From a virus, in IMG/VR virus record IMGVR_UViG_3300037089_000505, positions 1-64,000 of that record: a stretch of DNA of 64,000 nt; one strand, given 5' to 3'. Each line of letters opens with the position of its first letter. Within the stretch, counting starts at the first letter, position 1. Positions 29,192 to 40,285 of this stretch are shown here, one piece after another. Both the position numbers and the translations under genes were made by a program. Below the pieces are notes generated by a model. The model made no database searches. It had not been told where the DNA came from and saw only the letters and a list, made by a program, of their open reading frames with translations.

Positions 29192-32065
29192 ATGGCAAAT
29201 AATTTGCTTTCACCTGGCGTTGCGGTACAAATAATAGATCAAACGACTACAACAGCTCCTATACAAGGTACAGTCGCAGCTGTAGTTGGTTTCGCTGATA
29301 AAGGGCCAGTCAATGTGCCGACATTTGTGCCAGACTTAAATACGTTCACAACTACTTTTGGTAACTCTATACCAGCTTATCCTTATATGGCTATGTTCGC
29401 CTCAAAATTCTTGACGGTGTCTACGGCCTACTTCACAAGAATTGCTCATGAAGTTGAATTCAATTCAATTCAAGGCACTGCAGCACCATCACTGAATTTT
29501 GTAACTGTAAGCCCTGCGGCATTTTGGGTAGACATATCGGGATTACCTATACTTGCCAACAATGGTATATATAGAGTTTTTTGGACAGCTAACGTTGTAT
29601 ACTCTACTATTACAGCTTTAGTAGCAGCTATAAATACAGCCTTCGCAGCAACAAAATTAGCAGACAATGTAACATTTTTGAGTAGCTATTTAACAGCGAC
29701 GACAGATATTACTAATACATTTATTGTTATTGAGTCAACAGCGCTAAATATCAATTTTACTCTTAGACAAGATGGATGGCCCATTGCTTCTATAACTAAC
29801 GTTCTTAAAACTACACCTCCAGGAAGTCTTGGATTTGCGGACGGAGCTAGTACAACTACCAATAGCGATATCTTGGCCTATGCATTAGTAAGAGTACCAG
29901 TAAGTGATGTAGCAGCTACGAACGCTAGCATAACTAGTCCTACGGCGATTTCAGCTCAGAATCTTAATAAGATCAATGCTTTCCCCTACATCGATATTGC
30001 ATATGATGGTGATTCAACTCCTATAACGTTGCCACCTTCAGCGGCCCCAAATCCACCATTCTCAAACACTGTAGTAAGTTTAAGCACCAGCTTAAACATA
30101 GTACCTACAAACGGACAACAAGGAGCCTTCGCTATATTGGGAGCGCTTGCTGCACCAGCAACTTTCAACTGGACGGGCGTACCTGTTACTGGCCCAAATA
30201 TTGCTATTACGCTACAAGGATTCTATAACTTTAACTCGACCGATACAACAACTGAAGTTAATGCGACTTTCACGATTTTCCCTAGTATAAGTTTTATTGC
30301 TGGCACAACGCCTATCTCACAATTAATCATTGCTTTAAACGCAGCTTTACTAGCAACGACTTCAGGTACTGGTGGAGCTTTTACTGGTGGATCTAGCTTA
30401 CAAACATATATTCAATTTTCTACAGTTAACGGCTTCCTATCAATAGGAGCTGGTACAGGGCCCTTATTCAACTTGGGTTCACAATGCTCTGTAGCTATAG
30501 CTGATGGTACAGGCGGAGGATTAATATCAAATCTAGGTTATAACGCTGTTAGCGTACCGCCAAATAATATAGCATTTGGAGTAGATGCTACTTGGACACT
30601 AAGTGATGTGGCTAACAAAATAAACTCTGTTGCAGCTTCTAATAGATTAACTATATTTGCTTCAGCTTCTAACGGATTCCTAAGTATAAGTAGCGACAGA
30701 CTTGGATATACTAGCTTCATACAAATACTAAGTCCATCAAACGTAGTTTTATTTCCAAGTGCCGTACAAACGGTATTGAATTTCGTCCCTACTACAAAAG
30801 CTTTTGGAGTTACAGAAAGCGATTCTGGAGTCTTTAACTTCGTCGCTTTAACGCCTGGAACTGACGGCAACAAAATATCAGTACTGACATACACTAATGT
30901 CAACCCAGTTACTCTAGTCACACAATACTATTTACAGGTATTTTACAATGGCGTCAGCAGAGAAGTTTGGGGTCCAATAAACTGGACTACTTCAACTGAT
31001 CCACAGTTCATTAATACTGTGATCAAGAACTCAGCTTATATAACTGTAGACTTTGGTGAAATAAGTCAGTTTCCAAATCCTATAACTAATCCAGTTCCTA
31101 CACAAGCACCACCCAATGGAACATATAGACTAACTGGTGGTAATAACGGCATACCAGCTGGTGGCGTAATATCTGAATCAGATACTAGTATAGCTGACTC
31201 ATTGGCTATAGTAGCCATAGACGCTTATAACAATCCAGAGGTATACGTAATAGATTTGGCTTTAGCTCCTGGATTTGTAAGTCCTCCAGTCACTTCGGCT
31301 TTACAAGCTTTGGGTGAGGCTAGACAAGATATTCTATGCTTAGTAGATCCACCTGCTTTCTTGAGCTATACTGATATAGTCAACTGGCACAACGGTCTAT
31401 TGAATGGGTCAGTAGATCTAACTTCGAAGTATACGGTAGTAGTTTGGGATTGGCAGAAGGACTTTGACACATTTAATTCTGAATATGTCAACTTACCGCC
31501 TTCAATTTATGAAGCTACAATTATTGCTTCTACCCAAAAGGGCTTTAATCTATGGGAAGCTCCAGCAGGTCCAGTAAGAGGAGTAATCAATTCTATCTCT
31601 TCATATTCTCAACCAACACAGGCTCAAAGAGATGTATTATACAACGACACAGTGCCATCTTGTGTTAACCCAATAGTTCAGTTTCCGTCACAGGGTATAA
31701 TGGTTTATGGTCAAAAGACTACCTATAGAGTGAGCTCAGAACTTACAAGAATTAACGTAGTAAGAACTGTAAACTATGTAAGAAGAAACGTCTCGGCTAT
31801 CGCTAGCAATTATCTATTTGCCCTAGACCAAGCTTCTACATGGGCGGCAATTACACGAGACTTAAATGCGTTTTTAGCTAACGTACAACAGAGAGGTGGT
31901 ATTCAAGCATTCAACGTAATATTTGACAATACTACTAACACACCAAATTTGATATCTCAGAACATAATGTATGGAAAGATCTTTATACAGCCTACTACAG
32001 TAGCTGAACGAATTTATATTGATTTGACTATCCAAAACGCTGGGGCAACAGTAACAGTAGGTTAA
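29192..32065 (+). CDS. gp18: Contractile tail sheath protein, T4 gp18-like
   Basis: LLSPGVAVQIID, GFADKGPVNVP, WEAPAGPVRG, VNPIVQFP, YGQKT, RINVVR. Confidence 0.95.
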   Translation: MANNLLSPGVAVQIIDQTTTTAPIQGTVAAVVGFADKGPVNVPTFVPDLNTFTTTFGNSIPAYPYMAMFASKFLTVSTAYFTRIAHEVEFNSIQGTAAPSLNFVTVSPAAFWVDISGLPILANNGIYRVFWTANVVYSTITALVAAINTAFAATKLADNVTFLSSYLTATTDITNTFIVIESTALNINFTLRQDGWPIASITNVLKTTPPGSLGFADGASTTTNSDILAYALVRVPVSDVAATNASITSPTAISAQNLNKINAFPYIDIAYDGDSTPITLPPSAAPNPPFSNTVVSLSTSLNIVPTNGQQGAFAILGALAAPATFNWTGVPVTGPNIAITLQGFYNFNSTDTTTEVNATFTIFPSISFIAGTTPISQLIIALNAALLATTSGTGGAFTGGSSLQTYIQFSTVNGFLSIGAGTGPLFNLGSQCSVAIADGTGGGLISNLGYNAVSVPPNNIAFGVDATWTLSDVANKINSVAASNRLTIFASASNGFLSISSDRLGYTSFIQILSPSNVVLFPSAVQTVLNFVPTTKAFGVTESDSGVFNFVALTPGTDGNKISVLTYTNVNPVTLVTQYYLQVFYNGVSREVWGPINWTTSTDPQFINTVIKNSAYITVDFGEISQFPNPITNPVPTQAPPNGTYRLTGGNNGIPAGGVISESDTSIADSLAIVAIDAYNNPEVYVIDLALAPGFVSPPVTSALQALGEARQDILCLVDPPAFLSYTDIVNWHNGLLNGSVDLTSKYTVVVWDWQKDFDTFNSEYVNLPPSIYEATIIASTQKGFNLWEAPAGPVRGVINSISSYSQPTQAQRDVLYNDTVPSCVNPIVQFPSQGIMVYGQKTTYRVSSELTRINVVRTVNYVRRNVSAIASNYLFALDQASTWAAITRDLNAFLANVQQRGGIQAFNVIFDNTTNTPNLISQNIMYGKIFIQPTTVAERIYIDLTIQNAGATVTVG

Positions 32066-32133
32066 AAACTGGAAATTATTATGACGTTTGCTAAGATATT
32101 TACAACGTCACGTTTTTACGGAGGAACAAACTA

Positions 32134-32769
32134 ATGCCTATTAGTATAAGTAGTGCAATATCGGGAAGAAGAGAACCAAAGAGAGCCAATAGGTGGGTAC
32201 TAAAGTTTGAGACTGTACCTTATCCAGCGGGTTTATTCATAGGAAATCAGAACTTCTCTAACGGTGCTTCGGATATGTCTGAATCACTTGCTATTGACCT
32301 GTTGTCCGCATCACGACCAAATGTTAGCCACAACATGGGAGAAATCGCAAGGTTAAATGAAAAATGGAAATTTGCTGTTAACCCAACTTGGGATCCAATA
32401 TCAGTTGTATTTTATGACTTTGATTCAGGTTTGGGTTCTACTGCTCAGATCATGTGGAGATGGGCACAGACTGTATATGATGTTCTAAATGGCACGATGG
32501 GTTATGCTGCCACCTACAAAGTAGATGCTAGCTTAATATTACTTGGACCCGGTCAAACAAGTACATCTCGGGCAGCAACAACTGACATTGAAATTATAGA
32601 GGCTTGGGATATATTTGGCATGTGGCCAAACACTGTAAACGGCGGTGAACTAACTTATGAAGGTACTGATGCGCTAAGGATCACGGCAGAATTCCAATAT
32701 GACTATGCTAACCTTCATACTACAACTGACTTTGGTTCGCCCGGTGGTACTTGGAGTACTATTCACTAA
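32134..32769 (+). CDS. gp19: Tail tube protein, T4 gp19-like
   Basis: EPKRANRW, SRP, WDPISVVFYD, W.IFGMWP...GELTY, FQYDYA; follows the sheath gene. Confidence 0.9.
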   Translation: MPISISSAISGRREPKRANRWVLKFETVPYPAGLFIGNQNFSNGASDMSESLAIDLLSASRPNVSHNMGEIARLNEKWKFAVNPTWDPISVVFYDFDSGLGSTAQIMWRWAQTVYDVLNGTMGYAATYKVDASLILLGPGQTSTSRAATTDIEIIEAWDIFGMWPNTVNGGELTYEGTDALRITAEFQYDYANLHTTTDFGSPGGTWSTIH

Positions 32770-32775
32770 ATCTAA

Positions 32776-32952
32776 ATGAAATTAAAAGATCTATTTGAAC
32801 AAGGTAATCCGCATTACGGCGAGCTTCCCAGGAGCCCAAAAAATCCTGTTAGAAATATGATAGTCGCAATGCTTAATAAGCTGAAAAAGCAAAAGCCGCT
32901 ACCAGTAGATGACATTGCAAAACTAGAAAAGAGGCTTAAAGACCTAAAATAA
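32776..32952 (+). CDS. Small protein with MKLKDLFE leader (not in ORF track)
   Basis: MKLKDLFEQGNPHYG...LEKRLKDLK*. Confidence 0.5.
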   Translation: MKLKDLFEQGNPHYGELPRSPKNPVRNMIVAMLNKLKKQKPLPVDDIAKLEKRLKDLK

Positions 32953-33014
32953 AAACCGCACTTTTCTGGCAGTAGTCTTAAATTAATATAGAGACTATTT
33001 TGAAGGAGTTCAAT

Positions 33015-33920
33015 ATGGCTGACGATAAAGATAAAATAACTGAAATTCCTATTCCCTTGAATAGACAAAAAGAGAGAGTTCGGGCTTCTCATCCCGAGAA
33101 GCCTGAAATTTCATCTTCTACAAGACCCATCCCAATTAATGCTCCATCTCGTTTTGAACCTCCAGCTATACAAGTAGAGATACCTTCGCATGGATTTCTA
33201 TACGTTGGTAAAGTAAACGATCCTGATTTAGCTAGCGGTACAATCAAAATTAGACAAATGACCTTAAGAGAAGAAAAGATACTAACTACAGATAGGTTTG
33301 TACAAGATGGACGGGCTCTAGATATGATCCTAGAAAATTGTATTAAATCACCTATAAATCCTTATGACCTATTATCCTCTGATAGAGTTTATTTACTATT
33401 TTATTTACGTGGTATGTCTTATGGCTTAGACTATGATTTTGCCGTTAAATGCTATCATTGTGGTTTTAATTTCGAACAGACTGTAAGCATAAACAAATTA
33501 GAGATAGCTGAATGGGAAGTTGCTCCTGAAGAACCAATAGTTATAACTTTGCCAATGTCTAAATTTGTAGTGAAAGCTCATTACATGAGAGGACGTGACG
33601 AACAAAGATTAACAGAAAAAGCTAGAGAGCTTAAAAATATTAATCAATCAGACTCAGCAGCAGGCGACTCTATATCGTTATTGATTGATGAAATTGCTAC
33701 GGATGAAGGGGAAATATTAGGACCTAGAGATAAAGAAGACTTTATCAACAATATGGTCGGCGGTGATGCTGATTATTTTCGAGAAACTATGAACGATAGA
33801 GATTGCGGATTAAAACCACTCAAACACATTTATTGCCCCAAATGCGATGGCGAATTGGAGTTTAGCGTCCCACTCGGACGCAACTTTTTTCGTCGATCTA
33901 GACAGCGAACGCAATCATAA
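33015..33920 (+). CDS. Baseplate hub / tail assembly chaperone, T4 gp26-like
   Basis: EIPSHG, IRQMTLREEKIL, DRVYLLFYLRGMSYG, CYHC and CPKC, ends P.GRNFF. Confidence 0.8.
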   Translation: MADDKDKITEIPIPLNRQKERVRASHPEKPEISSSTRPIPINAPSRFEPPAIQVEIPSHGFLYVGKVNDPDLASGTIKIRQMTLREEKILTTDRFVQDGRALDMILENCIKSPINPYDLLSSDRVYLLFYLRGMSYGLDYDFAVKCYHCGFNFEQTVSINKLEIAEWEVAPEEPIVITLPMSKFVVKAHYMRGRDEQRLTEKARELKNINQSDSAAGDSISLLIDEIATDEGEILGPRDKEDFINNMVGGDADYFRETMNDRDCGLKPLKHIYCPKCDGELEFSVPLGRNFFRRSRQRTQS

Positions 33921-34215
33921 ACGCTATAGAGCTTTAATAGACGAACAATTTCGTATAGCTTATCACTCGGAAGGCGCAATGGATTTTCATGCGTTAGAGT
34001 GTTTGACACATGATGACAGATCTCTTATTGGTGAAATTCTGTCTGAAATAAAACGTGATGAAAAAGAGCAAATAGAAAGATCGTCTGGGCGTCAAAGTGG
34101 ACCTGGCCCTTTACCTAGTTTGAACAACGCGCCCAAAACCCCAACGCAACAAAATTTTAGTAGCCGATCTAGAAATAGTTCAGTTAACATACCCAAGTTC
34201 CCCACAAGAAGATAA
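33847..34215 (+). CDS. gp51-like partner ORF, possibly made by frameshift from the upstream gene
   Basis: YRALIDEQFRIAYH.G...R...L.E...E.EQ; overlaps the upstream gene across TTTTTTC. Confidence 0.55.
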   Translation: MANWSLASHSDATFFVDLDSERNHKRYRALIDEQFRIAYHSEGAMDFHALECLTHDDRSLIGEILSEIKRDEKEQIERSSGRQSGPGPLPSLNNAPKTPTQQNFSSRSRNSSVNIPKFPTRR

Positions 34216-34236
34216 GAGCAAGCATATTTCATAATA

Positions 34237-35268
34237 ATGAAAATTGTTATTTATAGCGATCTGCATTTGTACAATCATCATAGGCTTTTAGTGAATTCTG
34301 AAACGGCTTTAAACTTTTTGTCCTATATAAAGAAGTACGCTTTGGATAATTCAATAAACACAATTATAAGCGCTGGTGATTTTTTTCACACTAAAGCAAA
34401 GGCTTACGCTCCGCATGTCGTGCAAGGCTGGCTGCGTGTGAAAGATATGTACAAATCTAAACTCAAACATTACATGATAGTCGGCAATCACGACATGGCT
34501 AATCCAGAAAATACAATGAACTCTATTTTGTTCTTGTATAGTGATTACGCTAAAATCATACCAGACTATTTTTGGTTGGATACTGAGAAGACTCGTATTC
34601 ATATGCTCAGTTATTCAATTAGCCAATTCGACTTTGAAAATTTTGTTTTAGCTGAAGATAAACATAATGTATTGGTGGCTCATTTAGATATAGTTGGCTT
34701 TATGATGCCCAATGGCTTTAAGTCAAATACAGGTTATAAAGTTGAAGATTTCAAAATGTTTGATTTGGTCATATCTGGCCACTATCATAAATTTCAAACA
34801 AGAGACAACGTCATATACGTTGGAAGTCCCTATCAAACGAGTTTTGCAGAAAGAGAACAACCGCATGGCTTTTTAATTCTTGATACGGATACTGTTCAAT
34901 GGGAATTTGTAGAAAATCTGAGTGCACCAAAATACAAAGTAATTGAAGTCAGAAAAATAGAAGATATACCTCCATCTGAAATTAACGGCAATTTCGTAAA
35001 AGCTAAGATCCTTTCTAGAAACATAAGTAAAGATGAATTAAGAGATTACTTGTTTAAACTCGGAGCTATAAGCGCCGAAGTTATTCCTCCAGAAGATGTG
35101 AAGGAGATAGAAAAATATTATGATAAAGCTCTGGGCAACGATCCAATCGATGTAGCTTCAGCCTATCTGAAAAGTCTAACCGATTTACCTTTTGAAAATC
35201 AAGAGCTAATGAAAGCTTTTGCTAAAATAGCCGAAGTATCAAATAACATAACAGATTATGAAGTTTAA
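34237..35268 (+). CDS. gp47: Recombination nuclease, gp47/SbcD/Mre11-like
   Basis: SDLH, GDFFH, GNHD, SGHYH, YVGSPYQ. Confidence 0.9.
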   Translation: MKIVIYSDLHLYNHHRLLVNSETALNFLSYIKKYALDNSINTIISAGDFFHTKAKAYAPHVVQGWLRVKDMYKSKLKHYMIVGNHDMANPENTMNSILFLYSDYAKIIPDYFWLDTEKTRIHMLSYSISQFDFENFVLAEDKHNVLVAHLDIVGFMMPNGFKSNTGYKVEDFKMFDLVISGHYHKFQTRDNVIYVGSPYQTSFAEREQPHGFLILDTDTVQWEFVENLSAPKYKVIEVRKIEDIPPSEINGNFVKAKILSRNISKDELRDYLFKLGAISAEVIPPEDVKEIEKYYDKALGNDPIDVASAYLKSLTDLPFENQELMKAFAKIAEVSNNITDYEV

Positions 35269-37075
35269 TTACGTCAAATTTAAAAACTTTCTAAGTTTTG
35301 GCGATTATCTTTGTGTGATTGATTTATCACAACCAGGTCTTACATTAATTACTGGCGACAATCAAAAAGATGGTGGTAGTAATGGAAGTGGTAAATCTAC
35401 TGCAATCGTAGACTCTATCACTTACGCTTTATTTGGTAAGACTACTAAAAAGCTAAAAGCTGAAGCTGTCGTAAATAATAAAATCAAGAAAAATTGCTAT
35501 GTGGAACTAGGCTTTGAAATAAATCAAAAATTCTATGTCATACGCCGATGGAGAGCCCACGAAGAATTTGGCAATAAACTTACATTAGAAGAAGATGAAG
35601 TAGATATTTCTAAAGACAAGATGCCAGATACTCAAGATCTAATTGAGTCAATTATACTAATCGACTTTAAGCCCTTCGTACAATCTATTGTTTTAAGCCA
35701 AGAAAATATAGAAAACTTTGCTAGCGCTGAGCCGCTTGAAAGAAAAAAGATTGTAGAAAATTTATTGATGTTTGGATTCATTACTCAATATCACAAAGGC
35801 ACGAAAGAAATATTACGCAAGATCAATCCACAACTTGAACTCTTACAAGGCTTTTATGTTGACAAGAAAGCAACTATCAAAACACTCACCGACAATCTAC
35901 TCAAATATATAGAGAAGTGGGAAAATGAAATAAAGTCTAAGCGGTCTAGAATAGAATTGCTACAAGAACAAATAGATCAATGGAAACATATTGATGTGGA
36001 TAAAGAACTAAAAACTTTACAAGAGAGAACTCAGAAAATACGAATTAAAGATGAACTGGCAACAAAAAAAGAACACCTTGATGACAATATTTTTAGGACC
36101 AAAGATTATAAGAAGCAACTTGATAAAAAACTAAAAGAGAAAGAGAAAGAAATAGCTGCGGCCAATAAAAACCCCGAAGCGTGTCCAGTTTGTGGCTCTG
36201 ACATTAAAAAGAGTGTATTGAAAGAATACTTGGCTAAGAAACAAAAAGAATTAGATAATCTACGATCTGACTTAAAGTCCCAAGAGCATTACTTACAAGA
36301 AAACATAGACGTGCTAGAAACTACTAAACAGGAACTAGAAATTAAGACGGCTGAAATAGATCAGCTAAATATTTTACTTACTACCCGCTTATCAGAAGTT
36401 GAAGTAGCTAACATAAAACAAACTATAATTAAAGCTGAATCAGAAATTGGTATTTTAGGCGGCCAAATTGAAGGTGACATAGAACTTGACGAATACATAA
36501 AAAATACTCAAGTGGCAATTGAGGGCATTAAGAAAGAAGCCAAAGATATCAGGCTCAAGATGAAGAGATTAGAACACGATGCGCATTTATTTGAGTGGTG
36601 GAAAGAAGCTTTGAGTAATTCGCCGAGCTCTATGAAAACGTTCAGCGTCAATCAAATTTTGATATCTCTTAATAAATACATCAACTATTATTTGAACTTT
36701 TTTGGTTTCAATATAACCTATTCTCTCAGTGCAGAATTGAATGATACAATTACTAAAGACGGCGAAGAAATACCCTTCGGAGCTTTAAGTGGAGGTGAAA
36801 AGAGATCGGTAGAAATTAGTTTAGTATTTGCCCTTTATGAAATCGTGCGGATAAGATTACCCGACAATATAAATATCATTGTTCTAGATGAACTATTGTC
36901 AAGGTATTTAGATGAAGTAAGAATCACTGATGCGCTGGGAATACTAAACGAATTAGAAGAAAGACAGTTAAGTATATTTGTGATTGATCACAAAAATCTA
37001 ATAAAGGAAAGTTTGAACTGTAAAACCATAAATATCACTAAGGGGAAAAATGGCTTTTCAACGCTCGAACAATAA
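35258..37075 (+). CDS. gp46: Recombination ATPase, gp46/SbcC/Rad50-like
   Basis: KNFLSFG, NGSGKST, CPVC zinc hook, LSGGE, VLDE. Confidence 0.95.
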   Translation: MKFNYVKFKNFLSFGDYLCVIDLSQPGLTLITGDNQKDGGSNGSGKSTAIVDSITYALFGKTTKKLKAEAVVNNKIKKNCYVELGFEINQKFYVIRRWRAHEEFGNKLTLEEDEVDISKDKMPDTQDLIESIILIDFKPFVQSIVLSQENIENFASAEPLERKKIVENLLMFGFITQYHKGTKEILRKINPQLELLQGFYVDKKATIKTLTDNLLKYIEKWENEIKSKRSRIELLQEQIDQWKHIDVDKELKTLQERTQKIRIKDELATKKEHLDDNIFRTKDYKKQLDKKLKEKEKEIAAANKNPEACPVCGSDIKKSVLKEYLAKKQKELDNLRSDLKSQEHYLQENIDVLETTKQELEIKTAEIDQLNILLTTRLSEVEVANIKQTIIKAESEIGILGGQIEGDIELDEYIKNTQVAIEGIKKEAKDIRLKMKRLEHDAHLFEWWKEALSNSPSSMKTFSVNQILISLNKYINYYLNFFGFNITYSLSAELNDTITKDGEEIPFGALSGGEKRSVEISLVFALYEIVRIRLPDNINIIVLDELLSRYLDEVRITDALGILNELEERQLSIFVIDHKNLIKESLNCKTINITKGKNGFSTLEQ

Positions 37076-38258
37076 TATACTATGATCTGGAGTAAAGATA
37101 ACTATATGAGCACAGAAAAAAACCCCATCAGCAAGACATGCGTCATTAATGACCCGCTGATTAATACTGTTCAGAATTTGCTATCCACTGGATGGCGCAA
37201 GAAAGAGGATCGTGTTTTCTACAAAGGTAGGAACACTTATATTATAGAGTTGAATGGTAATTACCATCCAATGTGGGGAATTGAGATCACACCCATTAAT
37301 GATGGTTTTGATCCAAACGATTGGAAGCTGCGAAAAGATTTAAACAGCCTAAAGAACTTGGGCCACGTTACCGACAAGAGGCTTTATCTTAACGACGGCA
37401 ACAAAGAAGAAATATCACATATGATTGCTGCATTACAACAGAATCGTTTTAATTTAATCTACGACAATTCCTATGTAGTATTTAGAGCAGCGCCTAATCG
37501 TGTGAGAATCTTTAAAATTGCCGCTACGATGGATTTAGTCGAACAGCCAGACGGCTGGTATGTTGGAGAGAAAAAGATATTATGAAGATAGGAAAATATG
37601 TGGGACGAAGTTTCTGTTTGGGAAAATGAGGGTGGTTTTAATCGCGAGATTGAAAATCATGGCTCGAAAGAATTAAAAAAGCTTCTAAAAACATTTGAAA
37701 AAATGACACCAGAAGAATATAGAATTTTGCATCAAAAAGCTTGTGAGCTCGAAAAAGAGGACCCGAGTCCAAAAATAATATGAATCTAAAAATAGGATCC
37801 CGTATATTTCTAAAGAAAGCATTCATTGAAAGAATAGTTAAAACCGGCGATATGTCTGGTAGCTCGTTGGCATTTGGCATAGTGGCAATCACAGATTATG
37901 CCATAAACTTAAAGAATTTACGAACTGGAAAGCTATACACTATTCCTCTAAGTGAAATGCAAGGCAACGTAGATGAGTCAGCTGACTTACAACAACCACG
38001 ACCAATAGCGACTCCAAAAGAAAAGACTGAAGTAGTAACACTAAATTCGACAATCAAAATTGAAACACCAACAAAGCCAAAGAAAGATTTTACATATGAA
38101 GCTACTGCTACTTTACATTTTCCTGCCGCTACTGCAAATGTCGTTATATTAAAGACCGGCGACCCATTTGCCTATTTATATGAGAGCTAAGACAAACAGC
38201 ATATATCATACAATATATTAGTGTGATTAAAGCATTAAAAACGTAAGGAGTAAAAACA

Positions 38259-39371
38259 ATGGATAGAGAATTAAGTGTTCTAGAGAAAAGTTTGTTAGGA
38301 AACATCAACAAAAAGTTTGGCAAAGACATGGAACTAATGGTTCAGCTCACCGATGATGCCATCTACGGTAAACCAAGAGGTTGGGTAGACACTGGCATTT
38401 ACGCATTAAATTGGTTAATATCTGGTGACTTTAATGGCGGTTATCCGGGTGGACGAATTACCGAAATGGCTGGCGATCCAAGCACAGGCAAATCATTGCT
38501 TTGTGAAATGGCCATCAAAGATAAGGATTTAGGACTCGTAATTTATTTTGATACAGAGACTGCTATAGATAAAGACTTCTTAAAATTCTTAGGTGTAGAT
38601 AATTCTAAAATTCTTTATCAACCAATCGACACAGTAGAACAATTAATTAGAGTATGTCAAGAAGTGTTAGATACTGTTGTAGCTAATAACCAGACTGAAA
38701 AGAAAATTTTAATGATCATTGATTCGATAGCTCTAGCTTCCACCGAAAAAGAAATGGATCCTGAAGGTGGGCAAGACATGGGCTATAAGGCCAGAATGCT
38801 CAGAAAGTTCTTCAGAGTATATGCTCGCAAGATTGAGAAATATAACATCGCTTTATTAGCCACTAACCATTACACTCAGAAAGTAGGCCAGAGTTATGGT
38901 CCAAGTAAGGTTACAACGGGCGGTAGTGGGCTGCTATATGCCGCTAGCGTGCGACTAGATCTTAAGGTGGTAGAACTTGAAATCGATAAGAAGCTTGAAT
39001 CATTAGGCGCTAGTTCTGTAATGATCCAAGCAAAAACTGAAAAAAATAGATGCTTTTCGCCTAAACGTAAAGTCAATTTCATGCTAGATTTTGAGAAGGG
39101 TGTCAATAGATATAGCGGCTTATTTAAGATTTTGCAAGATTACAAACTAGCCACAAAAGGGGGCGCTTGGTGCAAATTGGGATTCGAAGTAGACCCAGAA
39201 ATACCTGAAAAATTCTTTGAGAAAGACTTTCCTGGTATTGTAGAAAAATACAACTTGCTACCAATAATTCAAAGCAATCTACAACAAGTTATAAGCAAAG
39301 ACATTGATACAGAAGATCTTGAAATAGAAGCAATGGAAGAAGTGACTGCCAAAGAGTCAGATGGAGAGTAA
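38259..39371 (+). CDS. uvsX: RecA/UvsX recombinase
   Basis: GGYPGGRITEMAGDPSTGKS, YFDTE, IIDSI, GGSGLLYAAS, KNR. Confidence 0.93.
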   Translation: MDRELSVLEKSLLGNINKKFGKDMELMVQLTDDAIYGKPRGWVDTGIYALNWLISGDFNGGYPGGRITEMAGDPSTGKSLLCEMAIKDKDLGLVIYFDTETAIDKDFLKFLGVDNSKILYQPIDTVEQLIRVCQEVLDTVVANNQTEKKILMIIDSIALASTEKEMDPEGGQDMGYKARMLRKFFRVYARKIEKYNIALLATNHYTQKVGQSYGPSKVTTGGSGLLYAASVRLDLKVVELEIDKKLESLGASSVMIQAKTEKNRCFSPKRKVNFMLDFEKGVNRYSGLFKILQDYKLATKGGAWCKLGFEVDPEIPEKFFEKDFPGIVEKYNLLPIIQSNLQQVISKDIDTEDLEIEAMEEVTAKESDGE

Positions 39372-39382
39372 GGAGAAATTAA

Positions 39383-39790
39383 ATGCCTAATGAATATGAG
39401 GCTAAAATACGAAACACCGCCGATACTATAAGATCGTTAAGGGAGAATTCAGGAGCAACTTCAAGCACATTTATGTTTGCCGTCTTGGCAACTTTATTAG
39501 CTAAGAATAAGATTTCCGATAAAGACCTCGACGTTATATTTGATGTAGAGAAGTTTCAAACTCGTAACACCTTAAAGAGTTATTACGAACAAGGCCAGGG
39601 TGACCCACATTTCGAAATGAAAAGTGAGCAAGAATTAATCGATGTTCAAAATGTTTGTGATGCACAAGTAGACGAATACAATAAGTTTGTCAAACAAGTT
39701 GCTTCGCAAATAAAAACTAAAAGACAGAAAAGGAAAGACGGAACTATCCCCGGCAAAGATGAAGACGAGGATGAAGACGAAGATGAATGA
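39383..39790 (+). CDS. Hypothetical protein with (DE)n tail
   Basis: RBS aaggag; ends DEDEDEDE. Confidence 0.6.
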   Translation: MPNEYEAKIRNTADTIRSLRENSGATSSTFMFAVLATLLAKNKISDKDLDVIFDVEKFQTRNTLKSYYEQGQGDPHFEMKSEQELIDVQNVCDAQVDEYNKFVKQVASQIKTKRQKRKDGTIPGKDEDEDEDEDE

Positions 39791-40285
39791 GCCATATAAA
39801 CCAATCGAAGATTTAAAAGACGATTGGGACTTTGTAAAATCAGATGAAGAAATCATAGCTCGTTATGGACAAGAAACCTATGATCTAATAAAAAAAGTGG
39901 CCGAGTCTAGCGAGAAAAGAATTGCACTTAGATTGAAAAGATCTAAGACGCTTTGGGGTCGATATCTCAATTGGCGAACTGATCGCCAAGAAAGAAAAGC
40001 GGCAGTCAACTTCATCATGTATGGACCGGGTGGCGATTAAAAATAAGGAGAAAACAATGACATTCAAAAAATTCAAGTACACAAAGAAAAGCGACAATGA
40101 AACTAAGGACTATTTTGTTCTAGTATTAGATGAAAATAAAAACCCTAAACATTTTGGTGGTATTGAGTTAGGATTGCTAGATGATAAAGAAATATCACAA
40201 CTGATTACAATTCAAAGTAAATATGAAGAGGCCGTAAAGCCTTTTGTAAGTAAGGCCTATAGACTTTTCATAGAAGAGAACATTA

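Noticed and set aside
32082-32110. Inverted repeat tgacgtt/aacgtca around the tail tube promoter as an RBS-sequestering hairpin
   Set aside because: The stem is short and does not cover the GGAGG; could be chance
37063-37081. Another TTTCGA-class promoter (gctcga-N7-tatact)
   Set aside because: The spacer is 7 nt and the first element is degenerate; not counted
39758-39787. gatgaagacgag-type short tandem repeat
   Set aside because: It simply encodes the acidic DEDEDEDE tail
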